The notes under the pieces were generated by a model. The model saw only the letters and a list, made by a program, of their open reading frames with translations, did no database searches and was not told the origin of the DNA. Positions 39,444-48,717 of a DNA stretch of 64,000 bases are shown here, in pieces. The position numbers and the translations under genes were made by a program. Source of the stretch: Candidatus Omnitrophota bacterium (lineage in GTDB: Bacteria; Omnitrophota; Gorgyraeia; Zapsychrales; JAHFFX01); contig JAHFFY010000008.1 of NCBI GenBank assembly GCA_023247705.1, forward strand, positions 664-64,663, read 5' to 3'. Positions within the stretch are counted from its first letter, which is position 1. The number at the start of each line of letters is the position of its first letter.

Positions 39444-40559
39444 TCAATACTCCGCCTGAAAAATCAAACTTCCTTTCTCATCATATTCCTTCACGTCGAC
39501 CGGGACATTGTTGTGATAACGGACCACACTTTTGAGCGTTCCGTCCGGATAATATTTTTTGGAAACCCCGTGGGGCTTATTGTTGCGGTACATGGTCTCC
39601 CAGTTGATCTGTCCGTTTGGAAAATATTCACGGCTGATTCCCTGGAGCAGACCATTCTGAGTGTTCCATTCCTCCCACGTCTGACCGTTCTCAAAATATG
39701 TTTTGTCAACGCCGTCAAAGGGTTGCCCGTCCGCTTTTAATCGCTTTCCTTCGCGGTAGAGGACATCTTCCATCAGTACCCCGCTCTCATAGTAGGCTTT
39801 TAAACTGCCGTCCGGTTCGTCATTTTTATAATGCGCGACCCGCTTCAATCGGCCCGACTCGTAATACTCGTTCGTTTCGCCCTCAAGCTTGTCTTCCTTG
39901 TAAAATCCCCCCCAGCGCAACTGGCCGTTTTCGAAATAGACTTTATAATTTCCCTCGATCTTGCCGTCTTGATAGGCTAAATCTGCTTCCAATCCGCCGT
40001 TGTAAAAAAATTTTTTAAATGACCCATTGGATTTTTGATCGGTGAAATCCCCGATCCAGCGCACGTTTCCGTTCTGATAAAACCCCCGGCATACACTGTA
40101 GGTTGTTCCATTCGTTGAGACCTCCTGGCAAAAAGAGGACGGTCCCGAATATTCTCCGGTATGATCGGGGTGCTGCCCCTTTTCCTTCACGACATAAAAG
40201 ACGGCAAACAGAACAATCATGACCGGCAGAATCACGATCGGAAGATTATTCTCTTTTTGGACAGGCACACGAATCTCTTCGTCTTTCAGTGATGATCTGA
40301 CCGCCATCGCTTCCAGTTCATTGACCTCTGCTGGATCAACCTCTTCCTCTAGTATCCGCAGGACGTCTTTCGCTCGTTCAACATCGGATTCCTGAACAAG
40401 CAATCGGACGTTTCCCATGCCCAGCGTCAGGTGATGCCGAAATCCGCCGGCATCATCCGCGGAGACGATCGCTTCAATGCCGCTGTCTTTGAGCAATCCC
40501 TGCGCCATTTGCGCGTCGTGCTTGGCGAAAAAAACTTTGATCACAATGAGATTAGGCAT
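39444..40559 (-). CDS. MORN-repeat (YwqK-like) protein with N-terminal DUF2007-like domain and one TM
   Basis: 371 aa; repeated YxENGQLxxxGxYKxxKxxG units. Confidence 0.65.
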   Translation of the reverse strand: MPNLIVIKVFFAKHDAQMAQGLLKDSGIEAIVSADDAGGFRHHLTLGMGNVRLLVQESDVERAKDVLRILEEEVDPAEVNELEAMAVRSSLKDEEIRVPVQKENNLPIVILPVMIVLFAVFYVVKEKGQHPDHTGEYSGPSSFCQEVSTNGTTYSVCRGFYQNGNVRWIGDFTDQKSNGSFKKFFYNGGLEADLAYQDGKIEGNYKVYFENGQLRWGGFYKEDKLEGETNEYYESGRLKRVAHYKNDEPDGSLKAYYESGVLMEDVLYREGKRLKADGQPFDGVDKTYFENGQTWEEWNTQNGLLQGISREYFPNGQINWETMYRNNKPHGVSKKYYPDGTLKSVVRYHNNVPVDVKEYDEKGSLIFQAEY

Positions 40560-40625
40560 GAAAAATCCCTACAGCTCATCCCCTCGTCTTGAAAAACACT
40601 GATATTTTGTTGCGGTTGATTTTAT

Positions 40626-41105
40626 TTAGCTCTTCCCGGCGGCTGCGGCATTGTTTGCAGCGGGAGGTGCGGCCTGTACGGATTCGGATACCAGACGCGC
40701 ATTCACTTTCAGCGTCTTGTCCGCTTTGACCAACAGACCTTTGTTGGCAAGCCGTTTGTATCCCGGCTTTGTGACTTCAACGAAATAACTGCCGGCGACC
40801 ACATGAGGGATATTATATTCTCCCTGATCGTTGGTTGTGACCTCGTATTTGTTCGCGTCATTTCGAAAGATCATTTTGACTCCACTTAAAGGATTTTTGG
40901 TGATTTTATCGATCGCCATTCCCATCAAAACACCCTGACCGGTTGGGGACGGGTTCGCGGCGGCATTGGCCTCCGTGGGTTTCGCTTTCGATTTTCTGGC
41001 CGCCAGTGCCGGTTTCAAACCGACACCGCTCAGTGAAGCGCCGACCGCGAAGGTGGTCAGCACAATCACCCCTAACGTTCTTGAAAAATAAAATTTGCTT
41101 ATCAC
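40626..41105 (-). CDS. Secreted carboxypeptidase-regulatory-like domain protein
   Basis: 159 aa with signal peptide; GVKMIFRNDANKYEVTTNDQGEYNIPHVVAGSYFVEVTKPGYK pattern. Confidence 0.5.
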   Translation of the reverse strand: MISKFYFSRTLGVIVLTTFAVGASLSGVGLKPALAARKSKAKPTEANAAANPSPTGQGVLMGMAIDKITKNPLSGVKMIFRNDANKYEVTTNDQGEYNIPHVVAGSYFVEVTKPGYKRLANKGLLVKADKTLKVNARLVSESVQAAPPAANNAAAAGKS

Positions 41106-41138
41106 GTTCCCCTCCTTATTGATAAAAAAAACTGATTA

Positions 41139-41212
41139 CCGGTGCCCCAGGGTCCCAGTCGCCAGGACCCCAGAAAAAAAACTGGGACGCAGGGGACTGG
41201 GGCACCGGGACC
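41139..41212. repeat. GC-rich imperfect palindrome with A8/T8 loop, directly downstream of the PCP_red-like gene
   Basis: CCGGTGCCCCAGGGTCCCAGTCGCCAGGACCCCAG-AAAAAAAA-CTGGGACGCAGGGGACTGGGGCACCGG. Confidence 0.35.
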
Positions 41213-41226
41213 CCTTCCCTTAATAT

Positions 41227-41538
41227 TTACTTTGCATGTCCATACTTAACATAATCGATTCTCAAATCTTCCATATCGCATTTCATCGGACCGTGAAATC
41301 CAAACGGGGTTTCGGCGAAAAAGGCATCGATCATATCTTTTTCTTCCACAACCGTCCGGTTGGAATCCTTGACGATCTTTTCGGCCCTCTGCCCGACTTT
41401 CTTCTCGGCGATACTGCGCAGAAAGACCGGAATTTTCGCGATCATCTGGTCGAATTGTTTCTTGGTCGCCGGATCCCAGGCCGCTTGCGCTTCCGGGGTT
41501 GATCCTGAGGATTCGATTTTTTGGGATGCGTCCATCAC
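41227..41538 (-). CDS. PCP_red-like small protein (Pfam PF08369; protochlorophyllide-reductase C-terminal-like domain, stand-alone)
   Basis: 103 aa; WDPATKKQFDQMIAKIPVFLRSIAEKKVGQRAEKIVKDSNRTVVEEKDMIDAF pattern. Confidence 0.45.
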   Translation of the reverse strand: MMDASQKIESSGSTPEAQAAWDPATKKQFDQMIAKIPVFLRSIAEKKVGQRAEKIVKDSNRTVVEEKDMIDAFFAETPFGFHGPMKCDMEDLRIDYVKYGHAK

Positions 41539-41589
41539 ATAGGCTCCGTTTTGGGTTCGCTCATGATACCGCTCAACGCAAAAGTTCCT

Positions 41590-41919
41590 TCAATATCCTT
41601 TACGCGCGGCATAGGTGAAACAAAAAAAATATTTTCTCCATGATTCATCCGTTGATTTATACTCGTTCGATCCGAAAAAATAATCAACAAGCGTTTCTCT
41701 CACCCGAGCGATTTCTTTCAGCCGGGGAAATCCTTTGAGCTCCGCCAAGGTCAAATCGATCAATTCCAGGGCACGCTCGGCGGCCCGCTTAGAATAATCA
41801 GTGTTCTTGGAACGCCAATTCATGGCCCGTTCGACTTCCCCTCCGATATGAGCCATTTGCTCAACGAAAGAAAATTCCTTCCAGCGTCCTTTTGCAAGTT
41901 CTTTGTGCTGATAATTCAT
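41590..41919 (-). CDS. Hypothetical protein (109 aa), distal member of an overlapping two-gene module
   Basis: 4-bp overlap with the upstream 113-aa ORF; helical; no assignable family. Confidence 0.45.
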   Translation of the reverse strand: MNYQHKELAKGRWKEFSFVEQMAHIGGEVERAMNWRSKNTDYSKRAAERALELIDLTLAELKGFPRLKEIARVRETLVDYFFGSNEYKSTDESWRKYFFCFTYAARKGY

Positions 41920-42257
41920 TGATCGATCCTCTTTTCAACAACAGCAACGATCTTCTTTCGGGTTGCTTCACTGTCCACGCCGCGGCTGTGATTGTCGTGA
42001 GAAGGACGCAGGTTGATCATCGCATCAAATTCAATAAAAGCCTCACCCTGCGCATTCGGATAAAGATTGATTCCCCAAAGATTTTTTTGCAAAGATCCTT
42101 CCTCCAGCAATAACGCTTCCAAATCGGAATGAAGCTCCGCATCAACTGCAATCCATTCCTTATCAATATCCACGACCGCCTTCACCAAATTTCCAAAGAT
42201 GACTGCAGATATCGCTTGGAGTTCTTGGCGCGTTAATTTTCCGGTGATTATTTTCAT
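41916..42257 (-). CDS. Hypothetical protein (113 aa), proximal member of an overlapping two-gene module
   Basis: LVKAVVDIDKEWIAVDAELHSDLEALLLEEGSLQKNLWGINLYP...; no assignable family. Confidence 0.45.
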   Translation of the reverse strand: MKIITGKLTRQELQAISAVIFGNLVKAVVDIDKEWIAVDAELHSDLEALLLEEGSLQKNLWGINLYPNAQGEAFIEFDAMINLRPSHDNHSRGVDSEATRKKIVAVVEKRIDQ

Positions 42258-42347
42258 GATCCTAGACTCTGAAACGCTACCGATTGGCTTATTATGTTCA
42301 TGACTTCAACACCTGTCAAGAAAGAGTTCTCGCTTCTTAATACGCGC

Positions 42348-43451
42348 TCAGATGACCGTCATCCGCCAGCAGCGGTGGACCTGGCGGTTGCGGTAATCTT
42401 CGGGAATGGTGTCGGGGGTCAGCTCGGTCAGATCTTTCACCGGAAGCCCTTCCAGTTGCGGTTCGAAACGCTGATGATTCGTCGAGAACAGCAGCACCCC
42501 GCCCCGGGCCATCACCTTCAACACATCCCGGATCAGGGCAGGATGATCACGATTGATATCAAACGCCTTGTTCTCTTGTTTGTCTTGAAAAAATGACGGC
42601 GGATCAACCAAGGCCAACGCGAAACGTTTCCCTTGGCGTGAGATTTGTTCCAAAAATTTTCCGGCGTCCGATTGAACAAAATGATGTTGCGGTCCCGATA
42701 ATCCGTTTAACGATAAATTGTCTTTGGCCCACTGCGTGTACATCTCGGAACGGTCAACGGTCACAGTCGAACACGCGCCCCCGGCCGCCGCCGCACACGT
42801 AAACGAACCCGTGTAAGAAAACAAATTTAAAAAATCTTTTCCCTTACTCATCTGCCGCACGATCATCCGCGTGTCGCGGTGGTCCGAAAACAACCCCGTG
42901 TCGAGAAAGTCATCCAGGTTGACCCAAAAATAAAGGTCCCGCTCTCTGACCTGAAACCGTTTGCCTTTGGAGGCGAGCTTTTTGTAACGCGGGCCGTCCT
43001 GCGTTTTGGTTTGGCGCCGCCGTAGATGAATGTTACGTAAAGGAATATTCAACGCCTCGGCCGCGGCCCTGGCGATGTGGGGAAGATATTCGGGTCCGGT
43101 TTGCAGACGGATATATTCGGCCACCACGATATGCCCCGCGTACCAGTCCACCACCGCCCGGACTTCCTTAATATCCCAGTCATACAAACGGAAGCAATCG
43201 ATCCCCTCGCGTTTGAATTTGCGCGACAGATGCCGGAACCGTTTGCGGATCCGGTTCGCCAGCATCACGGCATGTTCTCGAGTTTTCTCGGGTGTGACGA
43301 AGCCTTTGGGGATCGGTGGTTGGGAATGGTGTTGGGAAATAAAATGTTTTGGTTTTGAATAATTTTTCATAAGATCATACTCTTGCAAACAAAATAAAAA
43401 TATTATGCCATAACGTTTATTAGAAGCCATTTCATAACCCCTTTTCACCAC
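42348..43451 (-). CDS. Class I SAM-dependent rRNA methyltransferase (COG1092; RlmI/RlmK-like)
   Basis: 367 aa; FLNLFSYTGSFTCAAAAGGA...VTVDRS SAM-binding region; ALVDPPSF catalytic motif; CFRLYDWDIKE N-domain. Confidence 0.75.
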   Translation of the reverse strand: MVKRGYEMASNKRYGIIFLFCLQEYDLMKNYSKPKHFISQHHSQPPIPKGFVTPEKTREHAVMLANRIRKRFRHLSRKFKREGIDCFRLYDWDIKEVRAVVDWYAGHIVVAEYIRLQTGPEYLPHIARAAAEALNIPLRNIHLRRRQTKTQDGPRYKKLASKGKRFQVRERDLYFWVNLDDFLDTGLFSDHRDTRMIVRQMSKGKDFLNLFSYTGSFTCAAAAGGACSTVTVDRSEMYTQWAKDNLSLNGLSGPQHHFVQSDAGKFLEQISRQGKRFALALVDPPSFFQDKQENKAFDINRDHPALIRDVLKVMARGGVLLFSTNHQRFEPQLEGLPVKDLTELTPDTIPEDYRNRQVHRCWRMTVI

Positions 43452-43623
43452 GTCAACCTCGTCAATGAGAAGGCCCGTTTTCGAGGTTGTAAAATGACTT
43501 CTAATAAAAAGGAATTATAAACACGACCGTAGGGAAACACAAACAAAAAACAAACGGCAGCGTTTTTCGCGCCCCGTCTTCACTCTTCATCCGACAAGAC
43601 AACCGAGACAAACGTTTTGCCGT

Positions 43624-43806
43624 TTATTTGATCTTGGGAATCGGCACCAGCGTGATCCCAGAGCAATCGCTGCATTCTCCCTCGGTGCGATGGAATTGAT
43701 TTAGACATCGCGGACAATCCGATAAACTTTGAGCATCCGAGGAAAATCGATCTGCATCTAAAATGGCTGGATCGCATTCAATATTTTTTAAAAACCCATT
43801 GGTCAC
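43624..43806 (-). CDS. Possible small zinc-ribbon protein (CPRC...CSDC)
   Basis: 60 aa, GTG start, weak RBS; four Cys in CxxC...CxxC arrangement. Confidence 0.3.
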   Translation of the reverse strand: MTNGFLKNIECDPAILDADRFSSDAQSLSDCPRCLNQFHRTEGECSDCSGITLVPIPKIK

Positions 43807-43899
43807 ATCGATTAATAAAGCGGGGTTAATCGGGGACCAAACACTATTTCAAAAATAGTTTGTCCCTGATTTATTTTACAAATTTCTCTGTATCTTTTG

Positions 43900-44412
43900 T
43901 TAATCCTTCCGGAGGGCTTCCCGGTAAGCCGCCGGCGAATACCCGCGGACCTTTTTTCCGTTGATGACCGCCAACGGCACAGCCAGGTCGCCGTCCAGTT
44001 TGATCTTTCGCTGGGCCGCGCTTTTGTTTTTCTCGATATCGTATTCCTTAAATGAAATTCCATGGGATTGCAGAAACTTCCGGGCCTGGGTGCAGTAAGG
44101 ACACCATTTCGTGACATACAATTCCACTTTTGCATGCTGATCGAGTTGGGCGTCGGCTTCGTTTTCTGGCGATTCAACAGACGGTGTTTGATCACTGCCA
44201 CCTTCCTGGCTTGACCGGGTTTCCTCAAACGTCGGAACCGTTTTCACTTCTCCCACAGCCTCGGAGGCGCGCGGGGCCCGGTCAGAAAAGTGTTTCACGC
44301 CTTTTTGATCCACCCACATGTGAATCTCAGCGAAGCCACCCTGCGCCGCGAAAAAAATGAAAACCGCTAAAAAAAACAAAATGATAATACGCCGTCGTAC
44401 CAATTTCATCAT
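43900..44412 (-). CDS. Secreted DUF4124 + glutaredoxin-domain protein
   Basis: 170 aa; signal peptide; HMWVDQKGVKHFSD (DUF4124); YVTKWCPYCTQARKFLQSHGISFKEYDI (Grx CPYC). Confidence 0.7.
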   Translation of the reverse strand: MMKLVRRRIIILFFLAVFIFFAAQGGFAEIHMWVDQKGVKHFSDRAPRASEAVGEVKTVPTFEETRSSQEGGSDQTPSVESPENEADAQLDQHAKVELYVTKWCPYCTQARKFLQSHGISFKEYDIEKNKSAAQRKIKLDGDLAVPLAVINGKKVRGYSPAAYREALRKD

Positions 44413-44508
44413 TGATCCTTCAATCTATTTTCGCAAGGAAACGTGATCATCATTCGGGAAACATCATACTTATCCTGAATGACATATCGCATTCCCGGAA
44501 TCCTTCCC

Positions 44509-44694
44509 TCACACAGATGTCTGTATATACTCAATCTTACCGATCGGAACGATCTTGGTCACGTTTCCAACGGACACGGTAATGCAGTCCGATTGGACTT
44601 TGTCCAGCTGGTAGCACATCGGCTCTTCGTTTTCGACCTTGATCAAAAGTTTCTGACCGGCGTACGAATTGAGATTGCTGATAAAATCACTCAT
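44509..44694 (-). CDS. Small hypothetical protein (61 aa)
   Basis: ATG with GGAGGG RBS 8 nt upstream; 8-bp overlap with the upstream ORF. Confidence 0.4.
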   Translation of the reverse strand: MSDFISNLNSYAGQKLLIKVENEEPMCYQLDKVQSDCITVSVGNVTKIVPIGKIEYIQTSV

Positions 44695-46278
44695 GGCGGC
44701 CCTCCTGTGCGGTCTTTAAAGTGTTGGCTTTTCCTGCGGTTAAATTTTCTAAAATGAAAATCCCTCCCCGGTGAAATTGCAGTTCAAACCCCTGACGGAT
44801 GAGATATTTTATCAGAAATCGGCTATTTACAATAAAAAACCTCGGCCGGTAGATTCGAATGAGATCATCGAAATTCTTTTCGCTCGAAGCCAGGCCCCGG
44901 GGTAAAGCAATGACCGGACGGTCATACACGCAGGAGTCCTGGTTGAACTCCGAGGCGATCAGATCCTCGGGCCCCGCATGTTCCCTGATCCATTGGACCG
45001 CGTCGTGGCGGTCAGCGATGTAAGATAAATTAAACCGCGAATCGGCGGCGGTAAATAATGTCAAAAAATTGACAACCGTCATCCGCAGTTGCCAAACCAC
45101 GGCAATCACCAGGACAACACCCAGCAACCATTGGGCTGTGTTTTTCTGCGCAACAATCTTCGCTACCCCCTCGCCCACCGCCCAAAACCCGACCGCCCCC
45201 CAAAACAAATACGGGATCAACGCGTAACGGAACGCGTCGGTCTCGTTTTTAAAATACCAGAGATTCACTGTGTAGCAGAATAAAACTCCTAATCTCTGCC
45301 AGAACAAAACAGCCGTCCAAGGGTCCCGTTGTTTCCGATCCGCCAGTACGTACACCGGAACCAGCACCAGCGAAAAACACGCCAGGCCCAGCGATTCAAA
45401 CGTCGCGGCCACATGACTCTTGATGACCTCCAGAATATCTCCGGGTAAATATTCTTCCATCCCTCAAAGACCAAAACCGGAAAACGATTCTGCAAATGAC
45501 TCCCCGTATACGCCGAGGAGAGCGAAAATGTTTTGGAGGAACTAAAATATCCCGGGTAAATCATATGATATTTCATCAGCGAAATCATTTCGTACGGTAA
45601 GACGATCAAACCAAAGCCTGCCGCCAGCTTCTAGCAGCGCCGCAAGGAATCGGCATTGATCCCGTGAAGAAAAAAGACCGCGATCAAAAACCCCGCGCCA
45701 TTGTAGATCGTCGCGGCCCGAGTCAAAAAAGCCAATGCCAGGATCCCTCCGATCAAAAATTCTCTTCCGGATGATTGCAGAAAAAGAACGGTCGCCAACA
45801 AAATCAAGCACAAATGCCATTGCTCCGACCAGGGCGTAAACGCCGCGAAGATAAACGATTTTGAAAACGTGAAAAAAACCGTCCAAAGAAACGCGGTCCA
45901 TTCCTGGACCTTGATCCTCAGGATCGCGTAAAACAAAAGCCCGTTGATCGAACTTAAAAGCAAATTGAAAAAATAAACGGCGGCAATCCCTTTAAAGGCA
46001 ATGAGCATCGCGGCGAAGAAAGGAAACAACGGCGCTTTAAACGCGAACGCGGAGAAATACGGGGTCAAAAAACTCAGATGCACGTTGTAAGAAATGTTAA
46101 ACCCTTTGCCGTGGGCAAAATTCGTGGCGATGTTGAGATATTCGCAGGCGTCCGCGGTCAAGACCCTGACCTGACTGAACGGATCATTGACGATCAAAAT
46201 CGACAGAGGAATCAAAACAGCGAACGCGATGTCCCACTGGGAGATGGTGTGAATGGATTTCGTGTTCGGATTATTCAT
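44687..46278 (-). pseudogene. Disrupted GT-C-fold (ArnT/PMT-like, GT39/GT83-type) membrane glycosyltransferase: in-frame TAG plus one frameshift
   Basis: Fragments 45631-46278 (N-terminal TM domain with DACEYLNIA motif), 45289-45609 (same frame as the first, separated by a single TAG at 45631-45633) and 44687-45460 (C-terminal part, reached only by a 1-nt frame change near 45460-45470). Architecture parallels the intact paralog 61093-62808. Confidence 0.5.
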
Positions 46279-46417
46279 CGAAAATTAATTTTGTAAATGC
46301 TCACGGTCATCGTCGTTGCGCGCTATCAAGATTAAACAATGACAGCGCGCAATGAAGACCGGATCCCCGGACAACCTAATCACCGGATGACCGATGATTT
46401 CACTGCTCCTGCCTGCC

Positions 46418-46909
46418 TCACGGCAGCTTCTGTGCCTCTTCTTTAAATTCTTTGATCAAGTCCTTCATCTCTTCGGTCGCCTCGCTCCCGTAACCTTTCA
46501 ACGTCTCGACCTCCCGTGCCGCGGCCTGGACATACGCCTCTCCTAAATATTCGCGGGCCTCGGGAAAACGCGGACGCAGCCGCAGGGCTTTTTGATAATT
46601 TTCGATCGCATGATCAAGATCGCCGGTCTTGCGCTGGGTGAAGGCGAGCATGTTGAGAACATCAGGGTTCGTTGGTTCACGGCTGTAGGCCTGTTTGAAA
46701 TATTCCAAGGCGCCTTTGTAATCTCCGGCATGGGAGGCGGCCTTGCCTAAATCGTACAAACTTTTTTCCGGCGCGGCCGGCGCTTCTGCGGCCGATGGCT
46801 GGGTTATGGGGTTCGGGCTGGGGGAAGAATCAGACGGACGGCAGATTAAAAAAATTGATCCAACCACAACGGGACCAACGATCATCCAATGATTTTTTAA
46901 CATATTCAT
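46418..46909 (-). CDS. Secreted TPR-repeat protein
   Basis: 163 aa; signal peptide; three TPR units (GDYKGALEYFKQAY..., NMLAFTQRKTGDLDHAIENYQKAL...). Confidence 0.65.
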   Translation of the reverse strand: MNMLKNHWMIVGPVVVGSIFLICRPSDSSPSPNPITQPSAAEAPAAPEKSLYDLGKAASHAGDYKGALEYFKQAYSREPTNPDVLNMLAFTQRKTGDLDHAIENYQKALRLRPRFPEAREYLGEAYVQAAAREVETLKGYGSEATEEMKDLIKEFKEEAQKLP

Positions 46910-46988
46910 CCTCCTCCGTTATTTATTAAAATATTATGCCCCCTTCAGATGGGCCGGGGGATTAAAAATGCGTGGCGTTTAGATCAAC

Positions 46989-47363
46989 CTACGCCTTGGA
47001 AACGACCTCCACCTTCCAGGTTTTATTGACCCAAAGACCGACGATCTCATGGCCGCTCCAGAGACGTTTGAGGCGTTTGACGGCGATGCGGATTTGTTGG
47101 TGGTGGATATTTTTCTTGACGGGGTTCCCGCGGCAATCGTAGTGACCGATGACAAAAAGCCGGGTGGAATGATTGACGTTGATCGACACGTTGATGCTGC
47201 GCTGGATTTCGCTGATATCTTTCTGTTTGGATAAAACACCATCCATCCCCGCCTCGGTGATCACATCCACAAAATCCACGGAATAATTTTCTTTGATCCA
47301 GTTCAAAACAGGCAACTGCACCCGCCCGTCCATGCAATTCAAACAAGTCGCGCGTGTCTCCAT
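46989..47363 (-). CDS. Small protein with beta-carbonic-anhydrase-like zinc-ligand motifs (CxDxR ... HxxC)
   Basis: 124 aa; CMDGR at residues 11-15 and HYDCRG at 73-78, spacing as in beta-CAs, but far shorter than a beta-CA. Confidence 0.4.
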   Translation of the reverse strand: METRATCLNCMDGRVQLPVLNWIKENYSVDFVDVITEAGMDGVLSKQKDISEIQRSINVSINVNHSTRLFVIGHYDCRGNPVKKNIHHQQIRIAVKRLKRLWSGHEIVGLWVNKTWKVEVVSKA

Positions 47364-47424
47364 CGTCCGTTATTCTATCTAAATTTCTTGGTCATGCAAC
47401 GAGAAGTTTTGTGATTTTAAGGAC

Positions 47425-47462
47425 ATAAAAAAGCCATCTTTGTTTCAAGATGGTTTTTTTAC
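47425..47462 (-). terminator. Rho-independent terminator (hairpin flanked by A/T runs; bidirectional in form)
   Basis: AAAAAAGCCATCTTTGTTTCAAGATGGTTTTTTT; on the minus strand it reads as a hairpin followed by a U-run. Confidence 0.55.
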
Positions 47463-47621
47463 AATAACTTTTTAAATGATTCAATTACAACAAAGGTTTC
47501 AGCTCAACAGTCACCACCGGTGAACTCGCAATCGCTGAGGCACTAGCAATTTGGGGACTCGCACTTCCCGCGGCCACAAAAGTCGTGATTGAGACCGGAA
47601 CGCCGATTTCATTTTGACTGG

Positions 47622-48092
47622 TCAGATCCACTGAGGTTTGCCAAATTTTGGTATTACCGAAATAAGAACATTAACCGAATGATTGTCCACCACCCAGGTC
47701 GCACCGATAAATGCCTGCCCCCCTCTGGAACCAACAGCGCTACCGGTTTGGGTAAATGTGATTTTGGAGATGTAATAATGCTCGGGCGCTTCAATGACAA
47801 AACTAATCGTGTACATGGTTGATCTCGGGGTAAAGGCTGCGGTTGAGGCCACACAACCTCTGGACCAGTAAACCACTCCGCCTAAGCCGGAATCAACGGG
47901 GCCGACGTCCATGTTAATACCGATTTTTAATTGATTGGGGTTGATTGGATCAGGGGCGGTGAGCGAGGAATCATAACATCGTGAAGCCAGGGCGTCGCTA
48001 ATATTAGTGAAGGCGACCTGCTGGGCGTTTGCCGAAACTGTTCCCCATAAAAACGCGACTCCCGCCAGTAAAATCTTTGCGCAAAATCTCAT
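47622..48092 (-). CDS. Secreted hypothetical protein
   Basis: Likely start MRFCAKILLAGVAFLWGTVSANAQ (ATG 48090-48092). A protein-like -1 frame continues 45 codons past the stop to just before the terminator, so a frameshift is possible. Confidence 0.5.
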   Translation of the reverse strand: MRFCAKILLAGVAFLWGTVSANAQQVAFTNISDALASRCYDSSLTAPDPINPNQLKIGINMDVGPVDSGLGGVVYWSRGCVASTAAFTPRSTMYTISFVIEAPEHYYISKITFTQTGSAVGSRGGQAFIGATWVVDNHSVNVLISVIPKFGKPQWI

Positions 48093-48258
48093 TTTTTTAC
48101 TCCTTTCATACCAAAGTTGTAGGGTTGAATTAAAATACTCTGCAAATATATCATGAAAAGCGGGACGCGCCATTTTTTTTGAGAGGCTTTAAGAATTTGT
48201 CATCGGTTGTGCGGGAAATGGGGTTGGCCCCGTTTCCTCTGATCTCTCTGTAAAAAAA

Positions 48259-48621
48259 TCATTGATCATCTTTGTCCAAATGAAAATGATGCAAAAATCG
48301 GTGTAAAAGCGGCGTAAACAGGATCGCGAGAGATGAATAAAAACCCACCGCACTCAACAGCGCAAAAACAGCCGTGAAAAATTTTCCGGAATCAGTTTGC
48401 AGGTTACCCTGGAGGCCTAAACCGGTCATGATCATGACCGCATTCACCAAAGCATCGACCCAAGATTGGTGTTCAAAATAATAATAACCCAAAGTTCCCG
48501 CAAAAATGGTTATAGACACAATAACCATCGAAAAAATAAAACTGTTCAACATCCTCTTTAGAAACAGGTCATACGGCAGGACAGGTTGGCGCCGATGTTC
48601 AAAAATAAATCGTTTGGGCAT
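48259..48621 (-). CDS. Small 2-TM membrane protein, possibly ion-channel-like
   Basis: 120 aa; two TM helices flanking MTGLGLQGN. Confidence 0.4.
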   Translation of the reverse strand: MPKRFIFEHRRQPVLPYDLFLKRMLNSFIFSMVIVSITIFAGTLGYYYFEHQSWVDALVNAVMIMTGLGLQGNLQTDSGKFFTAVFALLSAVGFYSSLAILFTPLLHRFLHHFHLDKDDQ

Positions 48622-48717
48622 GAAATTGATTTTATCTTAAAAAATCGGGACAGACACTAATTTTCTTTTGAAAAATAGGGTTTGTCCCGCATTACCGATG
48701 AAAGTTTGAAACAAGGC

